Assembly: GCA_964392365.1 (NCBI GenBank) | Contig: CAYMPH010000006.1 | Coordinates: 3,198-67,197 of the forward strand | Length of the DNA: 64,000 nucleotides | Reading direction: 5' to 3' | Source: an uncultured Leptospirales bacterium | GTDB lineage: Bacteria; Spirochaetota; UBA4802; UBA5550 | Shown here: positions 40,570 through 51,250 of the stretch, piece by piece | Numbering within the stretch: the first letter of the stretch is position 1 | Layout: each line of letters opens with the position of its first letter | Translations under genes and position numbers: made by a program | The notes under the pieces: model-generated | Database searches by the model: none | What the model was told of the DNA's origin: nothing | Seen by the model: the letters and a program-made list of their open reading frames with translations, nothing else

Positions 40570-43500
40570 ATGCTTAAATATTCCTGGATATATTTCCTGA
40601 CATTACCGCTTTCTGCGGCGGCAATAATCGCTTTGAGCGCACCTGATGAAAAACCTTATCGGGAAAAAGTTCTTGATTATATAAACACGCACAAGCTGAC
40701 CGAAGAAACTAAAATAATAGACCCTGAAAAATCCTCTGAAATATCAACAGGGGCTCTTGCTTTCCAGAATACGGCTCAATCATTCGGATATAAGAACGGA
40801 GACTGGCAGAAATATATTAATTATCCTGAATATGGAAAACTTTCCGAAGAACAGAAAAAAACTATTCTAATTGATTCGGATGAGGACTTCCAGCTGTTAT
40901 CCTACGGCAATATGAAACTGAATCTAAAATATGGAGGTTCTGTTTTTACAGATGAAAAATATAAGCAGTATGATACTGACGCACCTGTTTCAAGACTGAT
41001 ACAGCCGGGATTTCTGCCGGAACAGCAGATGCAGGTACACATGGAAGGGAAAATCGGCAAAAGACTTACAGTATTTATAGATCATGACAGCACAAAAAAG
41101 GATAACAAATATGTTATACAGTACAAGGCTATACGTGATGATGAACTTATACGTGAAATCAATGCAGGCGATATTGATATTAAATTCAACCACTCAAAAT
41201 ATGCAGTTTACGACAATACTACATCAAAAGGAATGGGTATTGATGTAACACTGAAAAAAAACAATCTCCAGATCAAGGCATTCGGAAGTATTTCAAAAGG
41301 CCAGACTGAAATTGAATATTTTAGAGGAAATTCTTCACCAGGAAGCAACAAGCTTGCAGAATATAATTATATCAAAAAAATGTTTTATCAGCTTGAGCCT
41401 TTCAAACGATATGATGCGCGAACAACACCACCTATACTTGATCCTGAATTTAATACTTCAGTAACAATAACATCCAATCCGTCAAGCCCGGATACATATT
41501 CATTAACACAGGTGAATATAGATCCGAACAGCTTTGAACTTTATATGGACCCGCAGAATCAATATGCGAATCTTAATTCAATACAATTATCAAAAGTTGA
41601 CACCCAGGGTCATTATACAAAATTAATGCAGGGAGCTGAATATTCAATAAATTTCACAACTGGAGTAATTACATTTATAAGAGATATCCCGTCAAATGCA
41701 AAAATCTTTGCTGTTTACACTTTTGGCGGTGGATCAACAGCAACAACAGACGCTTCAGCTTATCCGCCATTAGATATTGATCATCCTGGTGGCCAGTTTT
41801 CCGGTAAAATTTTTGTTTTTATTAAATATGGTTATTCAATTAATGAAAAAACAACTACAACCAATTATTCAACCAAAGACCCGGGAATGACTGTAATACA
41901 AGACAATAAAGTTCACCTTGATGTTTATGAAATCCGATCATTTTATCAGATTGGAGACAGGCAGCTTTTAACAGACAACTTCAGCCTGAAATTTTATAAT
42001 GAAAATCAGAGTATGGATCAGACATCGCAAACAAAACTGGGTAAGTATACAATTGATTATTCAAAAGGTTTAATTCAATTTACTCTAAGAGAACCTTTTA
42101 AAACAGTATTGCCATCAAATTTTTTACAGTATATTTATGCTGAAAATCAGTCAACTTCAGCATATCAGTATTCCAGATATAATATTAAAATTGATTATTA
42201 CAAGGAAGCCAGAAGCTTCCAGCTGAAACATTTTAATCTGCTGCCGAACAGCGTCCGTGTAAAGGTTAATGATATTGAGATCGCCCAGGGTTTATATATG
42301 GTTGATCATGTTTCAGGATTTTTAATGTTTCTTGATCCGAATAATCCTGTAATAGGACCTGAAACTAAAATAGAAATTAAATATGAATACATGCCGTTTT
42401 TATCTCAAAGCCAGTCTTTTATCGGAGGTGTGCGTGTTGATTATAAGGTTTTAGATGCTATTAATTTCGGAGGAAGCATTCTGTATTCAAATTCTTCCGG
42501 AATAACAAGCATTCCAATGATAGGTAATACACCGAATCAGCTTTTTTTATTCGAAGGTGATGTTTCTCTGGATCTGAATGAAAGGAAAATGGCAGGTGTT
42601 GTAAATGCAATAGCAGGAACAAATTATAGAACAGTTCCTGTAGAATTTAAGGCATACGGAGAATATGCCCGAAGCTACACCACATTCAATACTTTCGGCA
42701 AAGCATTAATCGATAACCTTGAAACTGCAAATGAAATAATATCTATTTCAACTTCAGAAAAAGAATGGCAGCTCGCATCAATGCCTTTCGCTTATACAAA
42801 TCTGGACAGAGCAATGCTTAATTATTATTTTTACAGAGATCCTCTGAATCCTGGAACTTTATTCGGGCCTGGATATTCTGCAATTCCTGTAGATTACAGA
42901 ATAAAATCAGGACCTTATAATGTTGCAACAGGACATGTACCTTTCAATATTACTCCGGAAGCATCGCAGAGATCTCTTGTTTTTGATATGAATTTCTCAT
43001 ATGAGGGCGGAGCTGAAACTGTTGTTTCTGTGGCTTCAAGAAAACTTTCCACTACAGCTGTTGATTTTTCAGGACTTCAATATGTAGAAGTATCATATAT
43101 GTATCAGGGATCAGCAGATATTTCTATCAATTTTGATCTTGGAAAAATAAATGAAGATTCAGACAGTAACGGAATTCTCGGGACTGAAGATTTAAATAGA
43201 AACGGAATACTCGATTCTGATCCTTCTTTGAATTATTATGAAGATGTAGGATATGATTTCTATGGATATAAATTCAACAGCAATGCTACAGCAAGAGTAG
43301 GTTCAGGACCAAGACTTTCAACATCAACCATGGGTGATGGAGTTTTAAACAGTGAAGACCTGAATGGAAACGGGGTTCTTGATACTATTGAAAGTGTTTA
43401 TACAATTCCAAGCTCAACAATATCTTCTTCAACACAATGGAAAACAATTGTAATACCTGTGGATTTTTCCAATTCCGAATCAAATAAAGCAATAATGAAA

Positions 43501-46248
43501 CAAGTTGAATCTCTACGGCTTTATATTAAAAAAATAAGCGGCGGAAATACAGGAAAACTTTACATAGACAACATAAAATTTGTAGCTTTGAAATGGAGCA
43601 ATATTCAGAAAGCTGCTGGTGACACTTTAAATGTTTCTATTGTAAATAATATTTCTGATGTTGAATACAGTGCCAATTCATTTATTTTATCTAACCCGGA
43701 AGTTTACAAGCAGCTTTATGGAGAAAAAAATGCACAGGATCTTGTTAAACAGACTGAAAGTTCTCTGCAGCTTATTTATAATATTATAAGCAATCCAATC
43801 CCTATTCAGACGAGTGTTTCAGTCACTCAAAGATTTCAAAATACTATGGATTTGCGATTTTATAATACTCTAAATTTATGGCTGAATATCCGGCCTACAT
43901 CCTCTCCTGGAGATCAGATTGGAATTATTATAGGCTCTTCTGACAGCGATTATATTGAATATAAATTCAATATGAATAATGATGGAGCCTGGCGAGAAAT
44001 TAAAATGAAACTAAAAAACGGATCATCCGGTTCTGTCGCAGGAACAGTAACAGGCTTTCCGGATATGAAACGGATAATTTTCATAAAAGCAGTTGTATAT
44101 AATTCGGCAGCAGGACACAGCGGGAAACTGTGGATAGATAATATCTATGCATCGGAGCCCGACGTTCTTGAAGATGGAGCTCACTGGGTTGAAACTGAAC
44201 TAAAAATAACCAAGCCTCTGTTTATAACTAAAGACGGCACACCCGTGTTTTCAGATTTTGCTATTAAATATACTACCAAAGGTTATGGAGCAAATTTTAA
44301 TACTATTGGCAAAAAGGATTCCGATATTTCAGAACTATACCATGAGCTGACATCATCTGTAAAAATTCTTCCAAATTGGAACACCCAGTTTGCCATGTAT
44401 ATTGAAGATTCTTCCACCGACAGTCTGAATGAAAAGGTTATTGATTCGAAAAGAGGAACAAGAAAATACAACAGCATTTTTGTTGCTTCAGATTATACAT
44501 CAAATATAAATGCAGTTCCTACAGTAAAAGTTTCATATAAAAATGATAACTATAACCAGAGTGTAAATGAACGTATCAACAGCACTCTTGTAAATAAAAT
44601 AGCAACAAGCTCAATTCATACTCCGCTTATTACTATAATTGAAAAAATTGATAACTTTTTATGGGGAAAACTTAATGCAGTTCTTAACATGAATATGCTG
44701 TTTAAAGAAGATACAATAACCAGAGACACAACATTTCTTCCTTCAAATGTTTCCGAGAAACGCCAGAAATCCTCTGCAGTATTAAATCTAGATTACCAGA
44801 ATAAAATATTCTACATTCAGCCAAATTTTTCTACAGCCTCTGAAGAAGTTGTCAATGGAGTTTCATTGCTGTCTTTAAACAATACAGAAATAACAGGAAA
44901 TGTTAACGGTAGTTTTCATTTCCCATTTGCATATGAAGGAAACGATTTTAGATTCGTTGAAAAAAGCATGCTAACAGGTTTTGTAATAGGAATTAATCAG
45001 TCACAATATTTTTCCCCGTCATATAAGATGGATATTAATTATCTTGAAAACAGATTCAGAGATTTCAATTTTACAACATCACCCGAACCGGATTTTAAAA
45101 GAGTAAAAGATGCAAGAAGCTATATGTCAACGCAGATTGCTTTACCAATTAATTTATATAAAATTCCTGAAACAAAATTCATAAAAAATTTCTCATTCAA
45201 TTATCTTCGTTCTGTTTATTTATATGAAACGGATATACCATATGAAGGAGAAAAAACAGCCCAGGGAAATGAACAATACGGAATATCAAGAGCTTTAAGT
45301 ACAATAGCCGGGGCTGCTCTCAATATATTCCAATACTGGCCTGGATATTTTTTTACAGGCAGAAATAATTCAGCAGCAGGTAGGGATTATATCACCGGAA
45401 CAATTAATAATCACACATCCGGAACACAATATACCGGATACAACAATAATCTCAGGCTTATAGATAATTTTTCATTTAATTTCACACTTGATTTTGATAA
45501 AATAGCTGTTGTTTCTTCGCTTTCTTTGAATCAGGTCGCAGAAAGATTAAACATATTCGGTATTTCCCAGCAGGTTATAACATTCAGATATGGAATTAAT
45601 TTCACTTTTGATTTCATGAAACTTTTTACATCCGGCGAATTTTTCAGACCTAATCAGGTCGGGAAACCGTATCACGGTCTTGTTTTCGACATCGGTTATG
45701 CCATTTCCGACAACATGCTCATTACTACAAATATTGAGGAATTGGTTCATTCACCATTGATCGGCTTTTCGATAAAATGGGGCAGGGCTAATGTCGGAAT
45801 AAAAACAGGGGTTGATTATAAGGAAAGATATTTCAAGGAGTTTATTGTTGATGATGGAGGACCGGATTCTATCTATGCGAAAAATATTCCAGGAAATTCA
45901 GTATTTAAAAATACAGATATGGGTTTTAAATTATCTTTTATTTTTGAAACTGATGTTAACTGGCTCTATAATTTCTTTGCCAGTTTTTATAAACTGACTG
46001 CTTCACCTATTTTTACTTTTGAATATATCATGGGTATAAACAGATATGATTACAGCATGAGCGTTTCACCCCAGCCATACGATTCATACTTATTCAATAT
46101 GAAACTGACGCTGGATCTTCATAAAAATATCCAGGGAGGAATTCAAAGCAGATTCGCGCTTGAACAATACAGAAGCTGGCTTACAACCGGAATCAGCAGA
46201 GAAGTTTTCTCTTATGAAATTGCATTGAATTTCACTCTACTTTTTTAA
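40570..46248 (+). CDS. Giant (1892 aa) secreted outer-membrane protein; SprA-like (T9SS translocon-like) candidate with EF-hand-like Ca-binding loops
   Basis: Signal peptide. Huge beta-rich sequence ending ...EIALNFTLLF (OMP-like C-terminal Phe). Internal loops DLNRNGILDSD and DLNGNGVLDTIE match the EF-hand D-x-N-x-N-G-x-[ILV]-D consensus. The SprA assignment is by size, architecture and lineage only. Confidence 0.4.
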   Translation: MLKYSWIYFLTLPLSAAAIIALSAPDEKPYREKVLDYINTHKLTEETKIIDPEKSSEISTGALAFQNTAQSFGYKNGDWQKYINYPEYGKLSEEQKKTILIDSDEDFQLLSYGNMKLNLKYGGSVFTDEKYKQYDTDAPVSRLIQPGFLPEQQMQVHMEGKIGKRLTVFIDHDSTKKDNKYVIQYKAIRDDELIREINAGDIDIKFNHSKYAVYDNTTSKGMGIDVTLKKNNLQIKAFGSISKGQTEIEYFRGNSSPGSNKLAEYNYIKKMFYQLEPFKRYDARTTPPILDPEFNTSVTITSNPSSPDTYSLTQVNIDPNSFELYMDPQNQYANLNSIQLSKVDTQGHYTKLMQGAEYSINFTTGVITFIRDIPSNAKIFAVYTFGGGSTATTDASAYPPLDIDHPGGQFSGKIFVFIKYGYSINEKTTTTNYSTKDPGMTVIQDNKVHLDVYEIRSFYQIGDRQLLTDNFSLKFYNENQSMDQTSQTKLGKYTIDYSKGLIQFTLREPFKTVLPSNFLQYIYAENQSTSAYQYSRYNIKIDYYKEARSFQLKHFNLLPNSVRVKVNDIEIAQGLYMVDHVSGFLMFLDPNNPVIGPETKIEIKYEYMPFLSQSQSFIGGVRVDYKVLDAINFGGSILYSNSSGITSIPMIGNTPNQLFLFEGDVSLDLNERKMAGVVNAIAGTNYRTVPVEFKAYGEYARSYTTFNTFGKALIDNLETANEIISISTSEKEWQLASMPFAYTNLDRAMLNYYFYRDPLNPGTLFGPGYSAIPVDYRIKSGPYNVATGHVPFNITPEASQRSLVFDMNFSYEGGAETVVSVASRKLSTTAVDFSGLQYVEVSYMYQGSADISINFDLGKINEDSDSNGILGTEDLNRNGILDSDPSLNYYEDVGYDFYGYKFNSNATARVGSGPRLSTSTMGDGVLNSEDLNGNGVLDTIESVYTIPSSTISSSTQWKTIVIPVDFSNSESNKAIMKQVESLRLYIKKISGGNTGKLYIDNIKFVALKWSNIQKAAGDTLNVSIVNNISDVEYSANSFILSNPEVYKQLYGEKNAQDLVKQTESSLQLIYNIISNPIPIQTSVSVTQRFQNTMDLRFYNTLNLWLNIRPTSSPGDQIGIIIGSSDSDYIEYKFNMNNDGAWREIKMKLKNGSSGSVAGTVTGFPDMKRIIFIKAVVYNSAAGHSGKLWIDNIYASEPDVLEDGAHWVETELKITKPLFITKDGTPVFSDFAIKYTTKGYGANFNTIGKKDSDISELYHELTSSVKILPNWNTQFAMYIEDSSTDSLNEKVIDSKRGTRKYNSIFVASDYTSNINAVPTVKVSYKNDNYNQSVNERINSTLVNKIATSSIHTPLITIIEKIDNFLWGKLNAVLNMNMLFKEDTITRDTTFLPSNVSEKRQKSSAVLNLDYQNKIFYIQPNFSTASEEVVNGVSLLSLNNTEITGNVNGSFHFPFAYEGNDFRFVEKSMLTGFVIGINQSQYFSPSYKMDINYLENRFRDFNFTTSPEPDFKRVKDARSYMSTQIALPINLYKIPETKFIKNFSFNYLRSVYLYETDIPYEGEKTAQGNEQYGISRALSTIAGAALNIFQYWPGYFFTGRNNSAAGRDYITGTINNHTSGTQYTGYNNNLRLIDNFSFNFTLDFDKIAVVSSLSLNQVAERLNIFGISQQVITFRYGINFTFDFMKLFTSGEFFRPNQVGKPYHGLVFDIGYAISDNMLITTNIEELVHSPLIGFSIKWGRANVGIKTGVDYKERYFKEFIVDDGGPDSIYAKNIPGNSVFKNTDMGFKLSFIFETDVNWLYNFFASFYKLTASPIFTFEYIMGINRYDYSMSVSPQPYDSYLFNMKLTLDLHKNIQGGIQSRFALEQYRSWLTTGISREVFSYEIALNFTLLF

Positions 46249-46253
46249 AAAAA

Positions 46254-47342
46254 CTAATCTTTTAAATCACCACTGAAAAAATCAATCAGACTGTTTTTAA
46301 AACTTCTGTATATTTTTTTAATATCTGTCATTGCAATCCCGTCTCTTCTATTTTTTATTACTTCAAGTGTTGTGGAATAAATAACTTTCCAGAGAAGGTC
46401 CCTGTCAGGACAGTATTTGAAATAATCTATATTAACCTGATACGCGCCTTTATATTTCCTGGCACCACCCTGTATTGTAATTTCTTTGATAATATCATTC
46501 AGATTTATTTTGTTGCTTCTTGCTCTGAATGAAGCATCTATTGTAAGTCCGCTTTTCCCTTCAATTGCAGCAAACACAATTGCTGCAGTGTACATTCCTT
46601 CTTTCAGAAGGAAATCAGCTGCAATAGCGATTGAATCACGAACCGATTCATCAACAAATCCAATTCCGGAAATTGCCCAATCTTTATAAATTATTTTATT
46701 TTTCCCGGCAATGTTAATATTTTTCACAGCTTCTTTACTTAATGGAACACCGGAAATTCTGCTTACAAGATCCGGATCTGAATATTTTGACAGATAATCA
46801 AGCGCTTTAAAATCTTTAACTGTTGCATACTGATAAATATCAGTATCCGACTGAATCCCGCAAACAAGTGCACTTGTTATAATTTTCATTTTCCCGGATT
46901 CAATTTTTAAATCAAGCAACTCTAACAACTCGGCAAGAATAGTACTTGTTGATCCTGAATCTTCATCAATTAATCTGTAATCTGCGAGAAAATTTTCTTT
47001 AAGCTTTTCGTGGTGATCTATATGAAAAGCGCATGGAATTTTTTTTGATAAAATATCAATATATGCATCCTGAAAATCAAGGACAGCATACGCATCAAAT
47101 TTTTCTATATGCGGGATTTTATTTATATAAAGCGGGATTCTAAATAATTTTACAAATTCAACATTCTGCTGTAGAGAAATTTTCTTCTCTGTAAAAATTT
47201 CACTGCCTTTCCCGAATGATGTTAATAATGTTTTCAAAATAAATGCTGAAGCTAAAGAATCGGGATCAGGCGAACCCTTTATATATATAAGAATGTTTTT
47301 ATATTTATTTACAGCTGAAATAAAATGTTCTACCGGATCCAA
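46254..47342 (-). CDS. DHH-family phosphoesterase (NrnA-like oligoribonuclease/pAp phosphatase)
   Basis: GSPDPDSLASAF, FHIDHHEK (DHH) and C-terminal GGARKYKGAY (DHHA1 GGGH-like). Confidence 0.8.
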   Translation of the reverse strand: MDPVEHFISAVNKYKNILIYIKGSPDPDSLASAFILKTLLTSFGKGSEIFTEKKISLQQNVEFVKLFRIPLYINKIPHIEKFDAYAVLDFQDAYIDILSKKIPCAFHIDHHEKLKENFLADYRLIDEDSGSTSTILAELLELLDLKIESGKMKIITSALVCGIQSDTDIYQYATVKDFKALDYLSKYSDPDLVSRISGVPLSKEAVKNINIAGKNKIIYKDWAISGIGFVDESVRDSIAIAADFLLKEGMYTAAIVFAAIEGKSGLTIDASFRARSNKINLNDIIKEITIQGGARKYKGAYQVNIDYFKYCPDRDLLWKVIYSTTLEVIKNRRDGIAMTDIKKIYRSFKNSLIDFFSGDLKD

Positions 47343-47351
47343 AATAAAACC

Positions 47352-49505
47352 TTATATTTTAAAAATAATCAGGCTCACATCGTTCGTCTGTTTCTTATCT
47401 TTTATAAAGTCGCTTAAATCCTGATATATTCTCCTGGAAATAATTGAAGCATTTTCATCCTTATTTTTTTTAATAATATTTTTAACTTTATCTAATGAAT
47501 AACTTTCTCCATTAGGATTTATCGCGCTTAGAAAACCATTTGAAAATAAAAGGCCAATGCTTCCCTGGGCAACCTTTACCACATGAGATTCATATTTAAA
47601 ATCTTTATCTACGCCTATTGGAATGCCTTTCGTTGTATAGGAATTAAACTCATTTGCAGCTGCATTAAATATAATAAGAGGGTTATATCCTGCGTTTGAA
47701 TAATTTATTTCACCATTTGTGGAATATGTCATAAGGAAAGTTGGTGCATATTTTTTTGTAAGGCGCGATGTTGTGAGAACCCAGTTTAATACACTTAGTA
47801 TTTTATCAGGAGTCTCAACCTTTCTGGGCCGTGAATGAAATGCAGAAAAAAGTTCAAGAGAAATAATTGCAGATTCAACACCATAATATGCAGAATCCGA
47901 AATAATAATGGCTATTTTATCAAGGCCAATTTTTATACTGTCGTAATAATCTCCGCCATAAGATGAATTATTCATATAGAAAGAACTAATTTTTATTCCT
48001 TCAATACTGTTCAATTCTCTTGGTAGAATTTTTTTCTTAATTCCACCAACAACCATTTTATCATGCTCCACAACCTGGTTAAGCCTTAACTCTTCAAGTA
48101 AAAGACCATTTTCCAGCAGTCGCTGAAACTGAATTCTATAAATTTCAAGAGTTGAAATAAATGTTTTAGAATAAATTTTTTCATCAGGGAGAGAGCCAAA
48201 AATCAGAAATCCAATAAGACCTGATGTTTTATGAAAAAATGGCATCGCTATTTCAATATTATATTTCTGGTAGAATTTTAATAATTCGTCTTTATCTACT
48301 GAATATACAATATCTGTATAAATCATAAATTTATCAAGAACGCGTGAATTAACATTTAAATTTTCAACAATAACATTATTTATTTCAATCGGGGTTTTAT
48401 CTATTTCCGGACCTATTCCATGAACATACCTGAATTTGCCGTCATTTGAATTTGAAAGGAATAAATAAGCGCCGCTAATTTCAAACATGTTTCTGAACTC
48501 ATCAATAGACTTATTGTAAAATTCATCCCAAAGCGGTCCATGTTTATCTGCAACAGTAAGCTGACTGATTGATTTGAAAAATAATTCAAAGTTTCTATCT
48601 AAATTTATATATTCTCTTCTGAATAAATTTTCAATTCTCGGTTTAACAAATCTGTAAAAAATCACCATATAAAGAAAAGAAAGAATTGTTATACTTGATA
48701 ATACTGTATTTGGATTTGTAAATAAATCATTCCTGTAAAAAATGCATAAAAAAGTTGGAACAAACAGAAGGATAAAAATTAAAACCCAGAAAATCAATTT
48801 AATATTGAAAATTTTAAAGTCTATTATACGAATATCATATGTGGAATAATTCATAATAAGCAATATAAATATAAAAGGAAACGTAAATCCGACAATTCTT
48901 AACATTGTAGTGTTATAAACAATCGGCATAATAAAAATAAAAGTCAGTATCAGCAAAACAAACAAAATAAGCCCATACGACATTAATTTCAGTTCCTGAC
49001 TTAAAACTTTAGATTCAATCTGAAATTTTGATTTATACAAAATTAAAAAAAGAGAACCAGCCATATAAATAGAAAAAACAACAATATAAAGCGGATAGAA
49101 ACTGCTAAATTGAAAATCAATGTATCCATTTAAAGTTGCGGAGTTTATAATAAGATCAGATGAAACTGTAAGTATGGAAATTGCAATTCCAGGGATAGAT
49201 GCAATTAGAACAAATTTTAAATTAGGCTTCAGCTTATTATCCGGATATATTTGAAAAAAATGAAAAAAGAATTCAGCAAGAAGAATAATGATTGAGAAAT
49301 AGATTTTTGCGCTTACTGAAATTGGTATAAGCTGCAGATCAATAAGCATAATAAACTGAATAAGGAAAATTATTGATGCAATAAAAGAAATCAGAGAAAA
49401 GATCCGGTTTAATGTAAAACTGCCTCTTCTGATCAAGCTGGAAACGGCCAAACCCTGAGCTATAAAAAATGCAATAGCTGAAATTACAATTTCTGTTTGA
49501 AGCAC
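47352..49505 (-). CDS. Membrane sensor with C-terminal PP2C-type (SpoIIE/RsbU-like) serine phosphatase domain
   Basis: About 10 N-terminal TM helices. C-terminal SYGGDYYD...DSAYYGVES...LLFSNGF motifs are typical of the SpoIIE/PP2C domain. Confidence 0.8.
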   Translation of the reverse strand: MLQTEIVISAIAFFIAQGLAVSSLIRRGSFTLNRIFSLISFIASIIFLIQFIMLIDLQLIPISVSAKIYFSIIILLAEFFFHFFQIYPDNKLKPNLKFVLIASIPGIAISILTVSSDLIINSATLNGYIDFQFSSFYPLYIVVFSIYMAGSLFLILYKSKFQIESKVLSQELKLMSYGLILFVLLILTFIFIMPIVYNTTMLRIVGFTFPFIFILLIMNYSTYDIRIIDFKIFNIKLIFWVLIFILLFVPTFLCIFYRNDLFTNPNTVLSSITILSFLYMVIFYRFVKPRIENLFRREYINLDRNFELFFKSISQLTVADKHGPLWDEFYNKSIDEFRNMFEISGAYLFLSNSNDGKFRYVHGIGPEIDKTPIEINNVIVENLNVNSRVLDKFMIYTDIVYSVDKDELLKFYQKYNIEIAMPFFHKTSGLIGFLIFGSLPDEKIYSKTFISTLEIYRIQFQRLLENGLLLEELRLNQVVEHDKMVVGGIKKKILPRELNSIEGIKISSFYMNNSSYGGDYYDSIKIGLDKIAIIISDSAYYGVESAIISLELFSAFHSRPRKVETPDKILSVLNWVLTTSRLTKKYAPTFLMTYSTNGEINYSNAGYNPLIIFNAAANEFNSYTTKGIPIGVDKDFKYESHVVKVAQGSIGLLFSNGFLSAINPNGESYSLDKVKNIIKKNKDENASIISRRIYQDLSDFIKDKKQTNDVSLIIFKI

Positions 49506-49651
49506 TTGGTATCACCGCTTCCTAATTTATTATTTTAAACTATTAAGAATAAAATTATTACTTTTAATAATGCCTATACCTGAATTGATAAAATTAAAAT
49601 ATTTTAAAGTATATATGTATCAGTAGAATTAATTCAAGAAAAAAATTTTTA

Positions 49652-50329
49652 CTATAAAAAATTAAGAAGTTCAATTCCAGCCTTAATCATTGGCTCTGGT
49701 TTATCTTTTCCAAACCATAAAAAATCAACTCCGGCATTATTAGCACAATTATAATCTGATTCGGAATCTCCAATAAAAAAAGCTTCGCCTTTTTCAAGAT
49801 TAAAATATTCAAGGCATTTATATATCATTTCAGGGTCCGGTTTTGATCTGGCATTCAGGGTTGATATTTTAAAATGAAAGTATCTGAATAAATCAAAATG
49901 ATGAAAAAGGGTATCTATTGAGCGTCCGCGATTGGTTGCAACTGCCAGATAATACTTATCTTTTAGCAGCAATAGTATTTCATCAAAATTAAAATTTGGT
50001 ATAATTTCTGATATAAATGGTTCATATGGAACAGTTAATGTTAACTCGAACATTTTTTCTGCTTTATATTTATCTTGTATAAACATATCTATTAGCTGTT
50101 TTACAGACATATACTCAACTTCATTAATCATCTGTTCCGGAATTCTTTCATAACCGGCTAAATCAAGACATTTATTAAAATATGCTCTATTTGCCGCTGC
50201 TGATTCAAAAAGCACTCCATCACAGTCGAATATTATTAACTTTTTATTTTTTATATCTATCATTTTGCTTTTGTTAATGTTTCTGATAACTTTCAACAAT
50301 AGCGGCTTATTAATGCATATTCCTGTCAA
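49652..50329 (-). CDS. HAD-superfamily hydrolase (phosphatase)
   Basis: Motif I LIIFDCDGVLF. Motif II/III (VATNRG; FIGDSESD). Confidence 0.8.
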   Translation of the reverse strand: MTGICINKPLLLKVIRNINKSKMIDIKNKKLIIFDCDGVLFESAAANRAYFNKCLDLAGYERIPEQMINEVEYMSVKQLIDMFIQDKYKAEKMFELTLTVPYEPFISEIIPNFNFDEILLLLKDKYYLAVATNRGRSIDTLFHHFDLFRYFHFKISTLNARSKPDPEMIYKCLEYFNLEKGEAFFIGDSESDYNCANNAGVDFLWFGKDKPEPMIKAGIELLNFL

Positions 50330-50584
50330 TCATTAAGTTTTTCTAAACGTTTTTTGCCAACCTATCAACAATTTATGGATTATAGTTCAAACTAATTCTT
50401 ATTAAATTACTTTTTCGAAATTTTGTGAAATCAGCAATTATTATATTTCATTTATATGCTAATTTTAGGTATAATTCTTTTTAGCTGTTATACCGAAAAT
50501 ATTAATAAGCTGAATTCTTAATTAGCTTATAAAAAATATTCAAAAACTTTAATAAATTAGAATATAATATTTTCAGAGGTTATC

Positions 50585-51247
50585 ATGCAAATAAAAATTA
50601 CTAAAATTCTCCTCTTGATTTTTTTAGCAACAGCTGCATTTTCACAACAGCAAAAAGTTGAGAAACCTGCAGATACACAAAACCTGGATTCACAAACTGC
50701 TGAAGCAAACACTACTATACCTGTGCAGTCAAAATACAGTAACAACTTTAAAATCGGATATATAGCTTTTAATAAAAGGATAGATCTGGCAGGTAGAGGT
50801 GAAATAATTGAATTCGAATTTCTTATTAAAAACAATTTAGACGATCCGCAGGAATTATACATTTGGACAATAGCAACTTGTGAAAAGATTGAAAAAACAA
50901 GATCAAGTTACGAGTCCCCAATAGAAGAAAAAGATAGATTATCAAATTTCTGCCCATTTCCGGATAATCTTAAATCATTTGAATATACTGAAAAAAGCAA
51001 AGGAACTGAAGACATAACAAAAGGTAAAGTATCATACATTAAATATCCTAAAGAACCTAAAAACGGAGTAAATCCGGATACAGGAAAACCTTATCTTCTG
51101 AAAGATAAGTTATTAGTAATAACAAAGCATCTTAGTAAATACAGAAATAACTATACTTATTTCAATAATTTCACTCTTCTTATTTTTGATAAAGACGGGA
51201 AGCTGGTTTTCAGACAGCTTTATGAATTAAAAGGCTGGAGAAGATAA
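50585..51247 (+). CDS. Secreted hypothetical protein
   Basis: Signal peptide ILLLIFLATAAFSQQ. 220 aa. No motif. Confidence 0.5.
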   Translation: MQIKITKILLLIFLATAAFSQQQKVEKPADTQNLDSQTAEANTTIPVQSKYSNNFKIGYIAFNKRIDLAGRGEIIEFEFLIKNNLDDPQELYIWTIATCEKIEKTRSSYESPIEEKDRLSNFCPFPDNLKSFEYTEKSKGTEDITKGKVSYIKYPKEPKNGVNPDTGKPYLLKDKLLVITKHLSKYRNNYTYFNNFTLLIFDKDGKLVFRQLYELKGWRR

Positions 51248-51250
51248 TTT

